A stretch of DNA of 53,554 nucleotides, taken from the NCBI GenBank assembly GCA_040143965.1, contig JASJQH010000014.1, forward strand, positions 1-53,554, read 5' to 3'. Position numbers and translations under genes: made by a program. Position 1 is the first letter of the stretch, and every line of letters begins with the position of its first letter. This stretch comes from Basidiobolus ranarum (taxonomy: Eukaryota). The notes beneath the pieces are model-generated. The model did not search any database. It had not been told where the DNA came from and saw nothing but the letters and a program-made list of their open reading frames with translations. This document shows, in pieces, positions 24,095 to 36,080 of the stretch.

Positions 24095-25205
24095 TGTAAT
24101 AAGAGCAACCTGTCAGGTTAGAAGGAAGAGAAAGAAAACATATGTCGCAACGTCGTTTTTAATCATCGACTTTGCACCATAAAGAGGGTCCAATCAAATC
24201 GGATCAAATATGAATTTTGATTGGATTTTTTTGAAGTCTTTACAATCTCACATTATTGAAAATTCTGATTATCTTCACTCATAACCGTAACGGCACAGCC
24301 GAAGATGGCCGGCGTTTTCGTTTTCCTCGGCTATGACCGTTCGGTAAATCATGATAAAGCTTATTCGAGTAATACAGTAAATTCTATTTGTTACTATATT
24401 TACCTAGAGCCCGCTCACAAAAACAACCTTCTTGAGTATATTGATTAGCTTGTCGGGTGCTCTTGATTTTGCTAGTATTCAGACGTACGCAAATCTACAA
24501 GTACCTCATCGTATCTTTGGCTTGTGTCATGATTGGAACTCAAGAAGAGTAAAACACATCCCTAGTTTGAAAAGGCTGCTAAATAAGCCTACTGCGGAGT
24601 GAATCACATTTGATAGCAGTCCAGTTATATTGCTTGCTTTTTAGGACATGGTCTCTGCAATCAGGTCCTTGTTGCTACAGGGAGTCACTGGAAATCTAGG
24701 GTATCAGAGTTGGTTAATCTGGGCACAGGGTTAGGGTTAGTAAATTCAGAGAAAAGGAATATTACTAATAACTATTCGGCAAAAGACCTTGAATCTTTTA
24801 TGGACTTGAATAATTTGTCGATCACTGAGAGGTCCAATTGTTTCTGGCTCCATGGTATGACTAATTTCTTCATTTGGTCAAACCATCAATACCAAATAGT
24901 CCCGACTAATATATTTTCATATCAGTTGGCACCCTCTTCAATTATTGGCTATCCTCCAGCGACACATGACATGATCCAATCAAGGTTGAGGAGAAGTCAA
25001 CTATATCTGATTCTGGCTGATGATTATTGACCTTCTTGATTCTTTACCTATTGTATTTGATAAATTCATATCATATTGTCCACATCTCACAGTCTAAACT
25101 TGCGATAGTTCTTTAAGTCGTCCCCCTTTAACAAACGACACTTGTTTCTTCTCTATTTCCTTTTTAACCTTCCCTAGATTTTTATCCCAGTTGGTAATAA
25201 CCGCA

Positions 25206-26658
25206 ATGAACGATAATTTAGCATATCAACTCCAAAGTGCACAAAGCGATCTTGACAACCAGGGTCTTCTCGCGGCCGCGATCACACATAACCAAATGGC
25301 CAAAATCGAAGAGTATCTAAAGAGAAAGAATGATAATGATGAAGAAAAGACCCCTATCAAACATAATCGTATGTTTGGTGCATAGTTTACCCTTTTCATT
25401 GGTCTACTATTTTCTAACTTTTCGTTATAGATCAGGAAGAAAGATTAGACAATCACCTTGATTCTCCTGAAGGTATTTTTGTCTAGATGAAATTTTTCCT
25501 TTTTGGCCTTTTTCTTAACTTTGAATGATTTTAGATGGTACCAAGTCTACAGCTAAAAAACCCGGCCGAAAGCCCTTGACCACGATGCCAACTGACGTAA
25601 GTCCATCTCTCTTTCTATTTTCCTCCACATAAACTGATCGTCTATGTAAATAGAAAAGGAAAGCTCAAAATCGTGCTGCTCAAAGGGCTTTTAGAGATCG
25701 AAAGGACAAATACGTAAAAGAATTAGAAGACAAGGTGAAAGAACTCGAAGACAATAGCGAGAAAAGCCAAGAAGAAAATGAGAAGCTTCGCAAGCTTTTA
25801 CTAGAAGTGAAAGCTGAGAATGTTCTTCTTAAGGGAAACTTCACCTTTCAGCCACCTACAAATGCATTGAGTGAAGTACCTACTCTGGTTGATCTACTGA
25901 AGAATACCAATAATCCACAGAATAATTCACCCTTGTTTAGCTCGTTCCCTTGGACACCCAATTCTAATTCTGGTGAAGTTAACTTTATTCATGGTTCTGA
26001 ATCGCCAGAAAACCAAGGTTTAAGTTCTGGCGACGATAAATCACCGTTCAACAATGAATCTTCGCCTTATGCGTCGATATCTCACACAGCCACTCCTGAG
26101 ATGAGTAACCTTGTAAACACAAGTCAACAACATACAATGTATCAGCCGGCATTGCACGAGCCAAATTTCTTTGCTCCAATTGGAGAAATTGTGGACGATC
26201 CTTTGATTTCAGTTAATCAAGGATTCACCTCACCCCAGTTGTTTACCGATAACGGGGAGAGTCATCTCAACCTACCTTTCGATTTGTCGGACTATAGAGA
26301 TCCTACAGGAACTTTGTTTGATGACAATTTAACCGGAGGCTTGTCTTCACTACCTGCCTTTTTCGAGGAAGGTTGGAACGAAGATTTTAATACTGAACAA
26401 ATATTCAGTCCAATTCAGAATACACATGATGTAACAACAGTGGGAGATGGTTTTGCCAATTCGCATAGTGAAAGTGGCGCAGTGGATCATGAAAAGGCAG
26501 ATATTCATATCAGCTTAGAAGATTGTAAGGTTCTGGAATATGCGAGCCTGCCACTTGATTTCGACATCAATGAACTGTGTGATTCATTACGAAGGAAAGC
26601 TACTTGCGGTGGTCGTTTCCCTTGCCCCGAGAAGACTGAGCAGTTAGCGCAGTTGTAA
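25206..26658 (+). CDS. YAP1: AP-1-like redox-responsive bZIP transcription factor (Yap1/Pap1 family); 4 exons
   Basis: KKPGRKP...KRKAQNRAAQRAFRDRKDKYVKELE basic region; C-terminal cysteine-rich domain FDINELCDSLRRKATC. Confidence 0.88.
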
Positions 26659-27313
26659 TACTTCACAAAGTATGAACTCATGAAGGGAGAGAAACTCGAG
26701 CCCGGCATAAGAGCTTCTTAATCTATTCTTAGACGTGGTGGGGGGCTTATCATGATTCAGTATCATAATCTAGCATAATAATAATCTTCTATCAAAAGCA
26801 CATGAAACCTTTTTTTGATTGGAAAAAGTACCGAAATGTCAATAATGTATGTAAATGATATGTAAATTCATGACGACACCTGGACCATTTTCTCTCTTCT
26901 TTCTGTTATGGGCTGTTGGTTTTGAATGGCATCCTATTTGAACATGTCTCAATATCCATCAGCCTTTATAGCATTGTTTTCTCTTTTTCTTTTGAGTGCT
27001 GCTTTCAATCTATGTAGCTTTTTAGTATCTTTACGGCCTTTGATTCTCCTTCTCTCCCGTACTCCTGATAAACATATTGTATTAGCATGAGCCGGAATTT
27101 GCGAGGATAATCGTTGTTGAAGGCTGCTTGCGGGGAGATGCCGCATTGGTACAAATGATTGTTTAATGACTTCTAACCTATTATTTTAATGAATATCTAA
27201 CTTGATGTGTTACATGAAAGTAGTATGACTTGGACTGTTATTAACTTCTAACTCGAGGTTTAAGAATCACCATAGAATACTCCCCTAATATCAGCGGTTT
27301 AGCAAATGTGGGA

Positions 27314-28746
27314 TTATGGGATTGTACCAATGTTTTGTTCTTTTTCCACTGTTGGATCAATACTCTGGGTTCTTTGTTTTTTGAGGATGTTGGTGATATA
27401 AAATTCACCGGCTTTGTACGATGATCGAACTAGAGGTCCACTGGCAACATATTTAAATCCAAGCTCTTCGCCAACCTTAGCCCAATGGTTAAATTTCTCG
27501 GGAGAGACGTACTCGGTCACCTTCATATGTCTTTTAGTGGGACGCATATATTGACCAAGCGTTAAACAATCAACACCGACCCCACGAAGATCTAGGTTGA
27601 TGAGCTTCGATTAGTATCAAAGTGATTAGATACTCTTCAAAATAAGATAAATACCTTTCATAGTTTGAAGTACTTCCTCATCAGTTTCACCAAGACCTAA
27701 CATGATGGATGTCTTAGTAAAGAGTGACGGGACAGTTTTTTTGGCGTGTTCCAAGACGGCCAAAGATTGTCTATATTTTGCACGACGGTCACGAACATAA
27801 GGAGTGATTGCTTCTACAGTTTCCAAATTATGTGCATAAACGTCTAATCCTGATCTAGCCACGATAGCTACATGTTCCAAATTTCCTTGAAAATCTCCAG
27901 TTAAACATTCCACCAAGATATGGGATGCTTTTTCTTTGATTTTTCTAATAGTATTAGAAAAATGTTCAGCTCCACTATCTGGAAGGTCATCACGGTCAAC
28001 TGAAGTGAGTACGACGTAGTCAAGACCCCACTTACGAACCGCCTCCGCTGTATTTTCTGGTTCGTTAACATCTAAAGCTTTTGGTTTACGGTTGGTTTTA
28101 ACTGAACAAAAACGACAACCACGGGTACATTCATCACCCATCAACTAAACATCATAAGAAAAAATATCTTTATATCAAGACTTATATTAGAAAGGTTTAT
28201 TACCATAATGGTGGCAGTAGCAGTTTGGTGTTCACCACCACCCCAACAATCTCCGACATTTGGACATCTGGCTTCTTCACACACGGTATGTAACTTAAGA
28301 TCACGTAAATTCTTTTTGATTTTAGTCAAGTTATTTCCTACTGGGATTTCAGTTTTAAGCCAAGTTGGTAATCTTTGTCTTCTAAATACCCAATAAGAGA
28401 TATTTTTAGTTCTAACATATAAAAGAAAATAAATTATGAAAAGACTTACGTTTTTTTAACACTAGAAGTTTGTACGGTTTCTTTCAACTCCAAAGCTTCT
28501 TCATAAGATATTTCGGAAGAATTATTGAGAAAATCACCAAGGGAAGGACCATGTTGGAATTTTTTAGAAAAACCAGTGGTTACAGGTATTTTCCCAGTGG
28601 TAGCCAGTCTACGAAACTGGTTCTATTAATAATAATGATAATTTCAATTGAACAACATTAATATTGAATAACATGGTAATGATCTTCACACAATTTATTA
28701 CCCCTAGCGTACTCCTTGAAGTAAATGTATTCAGAAAGCGAGACAT
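27314..28746 (-). CDS. LIP5: Mitochondrial lipoyl synthase (radical SAM); multi-exon
   Basis: [18 protein letters not shown] (CX4CX5C), CTRGCRFC (CX3CX2C), [20 protein letters not shown]-terminal presequence [12 protein letters not shown]. Confidence 0.97.
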
Positions 28747-29094
28747 GTCAACGAGTGAACTGAATTATCGAAAATGAGAACAGAAACGGGAACGGGAATT
28801 GTTTTCAAATAGTGATGGCAGGGCAGTGGATGTATTGTGGCTTATCTGTAAGATTACCATAAGCAAGTGCGATCTAAAAGATATCAATCCTCTTCAAATA
28901 ACATGATCTAGATGGCACTAGTTCACTAACAAATGGACTAAATAATCCAGATCATAACCCATACACACTCTTATCATTAAGATGGTTCCAGATCCGGCAG
29001 AATTGCATCTACTTTACTACTGTTGAGTTGCCATGACAATGAGTGTTTGGTTTCGAACAAGATTCCTTAATTACAATTAAGTTTTGACATCTCT

Positions 29095-29136
29095 ACCAAT
29101 ACCAATACCAATACCCATACCCATACCCAATACCAT
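29095..29136. repeat. Degenerate hexanucleotide microsatellite (TACCAA/TACCCA)
   Basis: taccaataccaataccaatacccatacccatacccaaatacca. Confidence 0.75.
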
Positions 29137-29627
29137 TAGTCCCACTCACTGTTCATCATCATATGAAAGTAATCGCAGCAATAGCTTCTGCATTCTTCAC
29201 GGGAATATTTTGTGATTGGGTTGAACTCCGTTTTCACATGCTAAAAACCCCTCATTTCCCTCCTTAAACAAGTATCCACTAACACCAAATAGGAGAAATC
29301 TTGATGTATAAGTGAGATTCTTACATGGGTTTATTCTTGATGTTTCGTTGGATGTAAATAGATACAGGCGAATTGACAATAAACAACTCTTTCGATGAGG
29401 ATGAAGATGCCGATGGGATGGGATGAGAAGGAAAGAGAAAGGGGAAGGAGAGGGGGAAGGATGGAATCACTAGGTAGATGATGTAAGAAGCAAGTAACAA
29501 ATATTAAACTATATCCTGGTTCAAAATGTAACAGCAACAGTAACTGCGAGAAACAATAAATCATATAAACGGGTTCTTTCAATGTGCATTAACAACTATG
29601 TAGGTTAAACCAAAATCAATTACGCAG

Positions 29628-31342
29628 TCAAGATCTTGAAGCAGTAGGTCGTCTTGAACCATCTGCCGTTGATTCTTGAGACATGGTAGCAGAAGGGATG
29701 TCCACCCGACAGTTTGTAGTTACACTGTAGTTAGGCAAAATAGTTCTCGTTGAGTATTGGTTGACAGAATCCCCAGGGGCTCCACCACCGAAGTAATTCC
29801 CATTACTTCCTCCAAAAGACGGATTATTTCCATAATTATATCCATACATATATCCCTGTCCTCCTGGACCGGGATTTGACTCACCGCCACCACGTCCAGG
29901 TGGTGGTGGTGGTGGCGGCTGGTGGTGGTGTCCATTATGTACAGGATACATAGACCCCGTTTGAGCGCCTTCCAAACGTCGTTGTAGTGTAGTAGCTTTG
30001 TTTTTAAGTCGTTGATTTTTTCGTTCCAAGCGCTTTATAAAGTCCACCGCCTTAAACAAGATAGTAGACTTACTATTATTCATATCACGAAGTGAGGGAA
30101 CGATTTCGGTTAAATCCTTAAAACCAGAACGGATCATATTGCGTCTTTTTTGCTCGGAAGCGATATGATTTGCTCTCTTCTCTTCCTCCGTTAGTAATTC
30201 TTTATTACCTTTACGTGAGCGATCAGCTTTCGAGGTTTCTTCCCTTTTACTCTCGAAATTACTGGATGTAGGGGATTGGGAATCTGGTGGGAATTCTTCT
30301 TGTTTAGTTTCATTATTTAGACTAGAGGGTGACTCAATCGATGATTCATTCAGTCCTTTGTTGATATCGTATTCTCTCTTCATGGATGGTTTTCGGGATT
30401 TCATATCACTTCCTTTCCGTTTAACTGGTATTACGGGGCTGTTGAGACTGATGGATTCCGTGTTGATGTGTAGCGGAGAAGACATAGTAGAGTTTCGCCT
30501 CGTATGTGACATTGGGGATTTGAGTGGAATGGGATTATTGGTTGGGGTGTGAGTACGAGGCGGATTGTTTTCAACAGAAGAGACTCCAGAATCATGACCC
30601 ATGAATAGACTAGAGGGAGTTGTAGGTGTAGGTGTACTGTGCATACTAGGCTCTCTAGAATTATGATTGAACATATCATAGAGAGAGGAATGTACTACGG
30701 ATTTGTGTTGAGGCTTATCCAAAGAAAACATATGAGAATTACTTCCAGTAGGTAGCGAAGGTCCAGGTGGAAAATAATTGGGATGTTCAAGAGTCGGTGG
30801 TAGAGGATTATCAGCAAAAAGGTTTTCATCAAAAAATATGTTATCTAAAAAGTTATCAAAGAAGCGTTGTTCTGATTCGTCAAAAAGTTTGGTATTGGGA
30901 TTGGTTGCTGATCTCAAAGAAGGTGAAGAAGGTAGAGTGGCTAAGTCTTCTTCTGTTAATCCAAGTTGATGACCAAGCTCTAAAGAGAATATCGGTTATT
31001 GTTTGTAAACTGATAGTAACTACAAAAATAAAACATACCTCGGAGTTCTTGAGCTAAATGTACTGATATAGACGGGTCAGGAGTAGCAAGTAGGGGATGT
31101 GAGGGAATGGGAGGAGGTGGGATAGAGGGAGGAGCTAGTACTCCATGATTTGGGCTTTCCAAAGTAGAACCAGAGTGTAATTGAGATGGATGTGGATAAG
31201 AATGGTATGCAGGGTGGTAAAGTCCTAGGTTTATCTGCTGCGTACCCGACTTATTAACGTCTATTGGTAGTCTAGGATTTGTGGGATTGGAAGTATAGTA
31301 GCCAGAATTGTTCATCATTACGTTGGGATTCGGTTGATTCAT
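29628..31342 (-). CDS. bHLH(-zip) transcription factor (Ino4/Mlx-like); 2 exons
   Basis: LLTEEEKRANHIASEQKRRNMIRSGFKDLTEIVPSL...SKSTILFKAVDFIKRLE. Pro-rich exon 1 (about 31039-31342) joined through a GT-AG intron to the 429-aa ORF frame. Confidence 0.88.
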
Positions 31343-32563
31343 TTATAAAAATGAAATGTGTTGTCAAAAAACTGGAAAATGAGTTGCACACGAAGAATCT
31401 GTTTCCTAAGAAACACCGTTTTAGTCAACTTTATGGCAAAAAGACGGTTGTATCAGTTCAAATGAAGACAAGAATGGGGGGAAACTTGGGTTCTATCCTT
31501 AGGGTTGTGCTCGTTTTCTAACTGGAGTCAGAGGTTTATGAGTATTATAAAGAGCCACCAAGTAAAGTCAATGAAAATCAGTGGAGCAAAAATTGAGAAC
31601 CGCACAAACGGGGGTGTACTTAAGACTTCTTCCAACCGTGTCACGCTATTGGTGCAACAATATCCATTTCTGGATATCGTATATTGTTACCGTCTCACTC
31701 AGTGGGAAAATGAGTAGTAAAATTTAAAATGATAAAACAAAGCAAATATTAAGCCAGCTTTCTATTGAGCTCTTTCACGTGCTTTTGTTATAAAATTCAT
31801 AGTGGCCTAGCAGATTCGTAAACAGCTAAGCTTTGAATTGTAGCCTAACCCTAAGCTCTATCCAATACTCAGCAGCTGGGCAAGAGAATCTTAGCGCTAT
31901 CCAATAAATGACCTATACAGCGCTACTCACAAGACGGTATGTACGCGACCACTAATTACCATAAAGCTTGGCCTAAAGACTCTCGTATTCAGGATTATAA
32001 ATTCGAATCGTGATTGGGCGGCCCACTTGTAACTCTCATCCAAATGTTACATCAAGCAATTATATGCAAATATGGCAGGGAAATTAAGGAATGTTTAACT
32101 CTTGGAATCTAGCTTTATTGTTGTTGTAAGCTTCAAGTATAGCATCTAAGCTTGATTGCTATTGTAATGTAAGCTTCAAGTAAACTCACTGTAGGCGCTG
32201 GTGTTTAGTGGAGCATGCTTTTATCGACCTTTCATAACATATAGAGCTCAGGCATGTTTCAGAATATACGCGGATATAAATAGAATTGTTGATTTAAAAC
32301 TTCGATCCCCGATTAAACTGATGCATTCTACGGATCATTCAAACGCCTGTCAATAGGCCATAACCTTTTGCTTACCCATTATCTTTCAGCCTATTAGTAA
32401 GCTTATTCTAAATAAAGTCACAGGCTCCAAAGCCGAAATGTTGTTTGTATTTTACTTTCTCTAAATTGGAATTTATAGAGTCACCTTAACATTTTAAACT
32501 TGAGAATATTCAGTACGCAATCACAAAATCCTACTTTGTTAATTGCCTTTTTGTTTGGCCTAA

Positions 32564-34312
32564 ATGGATATAGTTAGAAATGCCTTACATTCCATACCTA
32601 AGCGACATGTTATAGTCGTTTTATGTGCTATGAGTGTGGTCATAAGTTATGCTGGTTTGTAGAATAATTCGCTACTTTGAGATGTACTTTATGTTAACAA
32701 ATGCTTTACTAAAGATCGCTCGAACATTTCGATCGCCATTATTCCTATGTCCGCTGAGTATTCGTGGTCTTCTACAACTCGAGGTTTAATTCTTTCCAGT
32801 TTTTTCTATGGGTATTTTTGTACTCAGGTTCTTGGAGGATTCTTAGCTGATAAATTTGGAGGGAAGGGTGTCTTGGCTTTAGGTATTTCTACTACTTAAA
32901 TTTTAAACGATGTCTTTGATGTTAACGTTGAAAAGGCGCTTTTCTGTGGTCGCTTTTTACTTTGGTTACGCCGTGGGTTGCTCACAATCTCGCACTCCTG
33001 ATAGTTTGCCGTCTGCTACTTGGCGCCGGAGAAGGTCGGTAAATACTTATATTTTCAATGAAATAATGTTCTAACACAGTCTACTATATTTTTAAAGGTC
33101 TCGGATTTCCAGCAATCCATTCTCTAATAGCTAAATGGATTCCACACCATGAGAGCTCTCGTGCAGTGGCTGCTGTTACTGCTGCTTCATACGCTGGTGC
33201 TATTTTAGCACTTTTGATTTCTGCACCTATAGCTGCTTCATCGCTCGGTTGGAGATGGATTTTCTACATTTTTGCAATTATGGGTTTTGGATGGAACATT
33301 CCTTGGTATTTGTTTAGTGCCAGCTCTCCTGACCAACACTCTGGCACTTCCCCGTTTGAGAGTCTCTATGGTAAGGAGAGAGATCAGGATTGCCCTGCTT
33401 ATGTACGTGTCAATAGCGAAGATCATGATAGCTTTCATGAGAGACCGGAATCTCCAGAGGAGATCGAAGATAGTATTGAACAAGCACATTCCACCGAATC
33501 TGATGAGATTCTAGATGTAGATGTGGTTCATTCACCCGTTATGCATCACACGTCTGCTTCTTCTGGAAACAACATTCCTTGGGGTGATATCTTTGCATCT
33601 AAAGAAGTGTGGGCTATACTTCTTAATCAGTTCTGTAACTCTTGGGGGTTCTATGTACTTCTAAGTTGGTTGCCTACATATTATAAAGATGTCTTTGATG
33701 TTGATCTCAATGAGTTGGGGTATTTCTCAGGTATGCTGTATTCAGAGCTCTATACCATGTATGGTTAAGTTAATCCTAGTATGTTCTTCAGTATTACCTT
33801 ATATTGTTCAAGGGTTGGTCGGATTGGCCAGTGGCTTCGTTGGTGACTACGCAATCAACAAATTAGAAATACCAGTTGTTACTGTTCGTCGAGTTGCTCA
33901 GTGTACAGGAATGTTGGGGCCTGGGATATTCCTTCTTTTAGCTGGATACACTGCCACTTCAGTCACTATTGGTATGATATATATATCTTTGGCATTGGGG
34001 TTCAATTCCTTCACTTTAATTGGAGTCTCCATTTCGCAATTGGACATTGCTCCCAAGTTTGCAGGAATTATCTTCGGACTCGGGAACACAGCTGCTACGC
34101 TTCCTGGTAAATCTATAACTACCTGGACATCATCATACAATATCTCGCTAATGTAATATTTATTAGGCATATTAGGTGTGACCGTAACTGGAGTATTACT
34201 GGAGTCTAAAGAAGCTTGGCCACTTGTTTTTGGTATTGCCGCCGCGTTTTACTTCTTTGGAGCAGTGATATGGTTTTTCTGGGGAGGTGGTGGTCATGTT
34301 GTGATTCATTGA
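32564..34312 (+). CDS. MFS anion:cation symporter (SLC17 / sialin / PHT4-like); 6 exons
   Basis: ISYADRSNISIAI, GLILSSFFYGY..TQVLGGFLADKFGGK, GAGEGLGFPAIH.LIAKWIP..ERSRA, WLPTY, LDIAPKFAG..FGLGNTAATLPGILG. Confidence 0.93.
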
Positions 34313-34770
34313 GATGTTATATATTGGCGGTATTTCTGATACTCGTTCATTTGAGTGTAAATCAGATTGAATTAACATATGATTAATATCAGAGAACATT
34401 AGATCATCGTTATCATTAGCTTTATGAACGAGCAGTTTACTAGAGTGGGATTGAACAGTTCGGTACGTTCCTATCCGCAATATATCATATAACTACCCCC
34501 AAATTGTTTTGAGTATAAAGGTGTTTATTTTATATATCTGATGATGCTCTCGTATAGTACTAGCTGACCGATGGAAAATAGACCTTCGGAGATTGAGAAT
34601 CTGTTGCTGAAGATACAAATACAAATTAAACAAGCAGAATGTATATTTGATCCTACGAGACATGTTAAACTGTGGTTATTCACAATAGAGTTATATAGTT
34701 TTTTCATTCCTGATTGGTTCTTTCAAAGGGTTTAATATCTTCAGCTAACAATGTCCACTATGTATACGTG

Positions 34771-35854
34771 CTAATTAATCGCGTTAAGCCCTGGTAGTAT
34801 ATTTTTCGATTGAAACCATAGAAGATGCTTTTCTGGAATGTCTTGATCCATCTCAATGACACTTTCATCTGAATGCAAACTTATTATCTCATTCGCTTCA
34901 GATTCATTGATGATACAGTCATTTTCTAGTTTAATGGAACATGCTCTTCCTTTCAACTTATGGAAATTGAATGTTTGTTTAGGAACTAAGAAGTCCAAAG
35001 GGTGATTGCGTGTTGTTTCTACTAATAGAAAAGTGCGTGTTGGCCCTAAAAGAATAGTAATATTCATTAAATATGAAGATAAATAATACAGAGTATAGAT
35101 AAATATTCATCGATTTACACTATGTAAAACATACTTAGTATGGCCTCGTCACTCAAACTTTGCACCAAAGAACGAACTAATTTTCTTTCACATGCATTAA
35201 AAGCTTTTGAGTTGCTACCGGCCTCGGAGGAGACGATGGTTGGTAAATTTATGATATATATAGCTTTAGGAGTTGTTATTGTAGTTCCGATCAGAAGTAA
35301 GAATCGAATATTATCCGTTTCCCAGTCCCTTAAACAGTGACAGATCTTTTCGAGGTCCTCGAATAGGGCTTCTCCAGATTGCAACAGCTTTGTTTGTAAA
35401 TCGTTATATGACTTGAATAAAGCCAGTATAGTTTCATAAAAGTTCACTTACGTCGTTGGCTTTTTTATACTTTCGCTTAAAATGTTGTAACTAAGAAATA
35501 AGCAAACTCTATCTTTAATCACCAACAAGTGTTATAACTTTCTTGCGTAAAGCATAAATGATCTCACAATACATACATTTTGACGCTCTCTCTCCAGTTC
35601 TACTATGCTCTGAAGTTGTTCCCATGAACTTATTTAAGTAACAGAGACATAATCTGTTAACATATATATACATATCTAACACTTGCTTCACGTAAAAAAA
35701 CTTACCAAGGAATCTGACCGCGAAGTAAGAGAATAAACTTCACAATCGTTTTGAGTAGACGAGCCGTAATTTCAGGGACAAAAGGTGCATTCAACTGAAC
35801 TGTAATTTCCTCTAAACTTGCAGTAGGGGATATCTTAAAAGTTGATATATTCAT
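34771..35854 (-). CDS. p31comet / MAD2L1-binding protein-like HORMA-domain protein; multi-exon
   Basis: LLKTIVKFILLLRGQIP..WEQL, FLLLIGTTITTPKAIYIINL, CERKLVRSL, FLVPKQTF, LLWFQS..LPG. Same order as the p31comet motifs I recall (YQRQQLP..YEQL, LILLGG..SPKE.Y, WFRPK, WFQ..KG). Confidence 0.72.
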
Positions 35855-36080
35855 AATAGCTCAAAACATATCAGTGAACCTAACAGTAATCATGTATCCA
35901 TGATTATTATCTTTATTGTTATTGTTGAGTCACCCATCAAAGAGTATATAAGCAAGCATTTAAACACACATTTTTATATACAAATTTAGCTATGAATTTT
36001 ATGATTTTACATGTCAGTGACAAGACAGCTACTTGGTGCTGATAAATAGAAAATATACCTTCGTATCTTGACTATATGAA

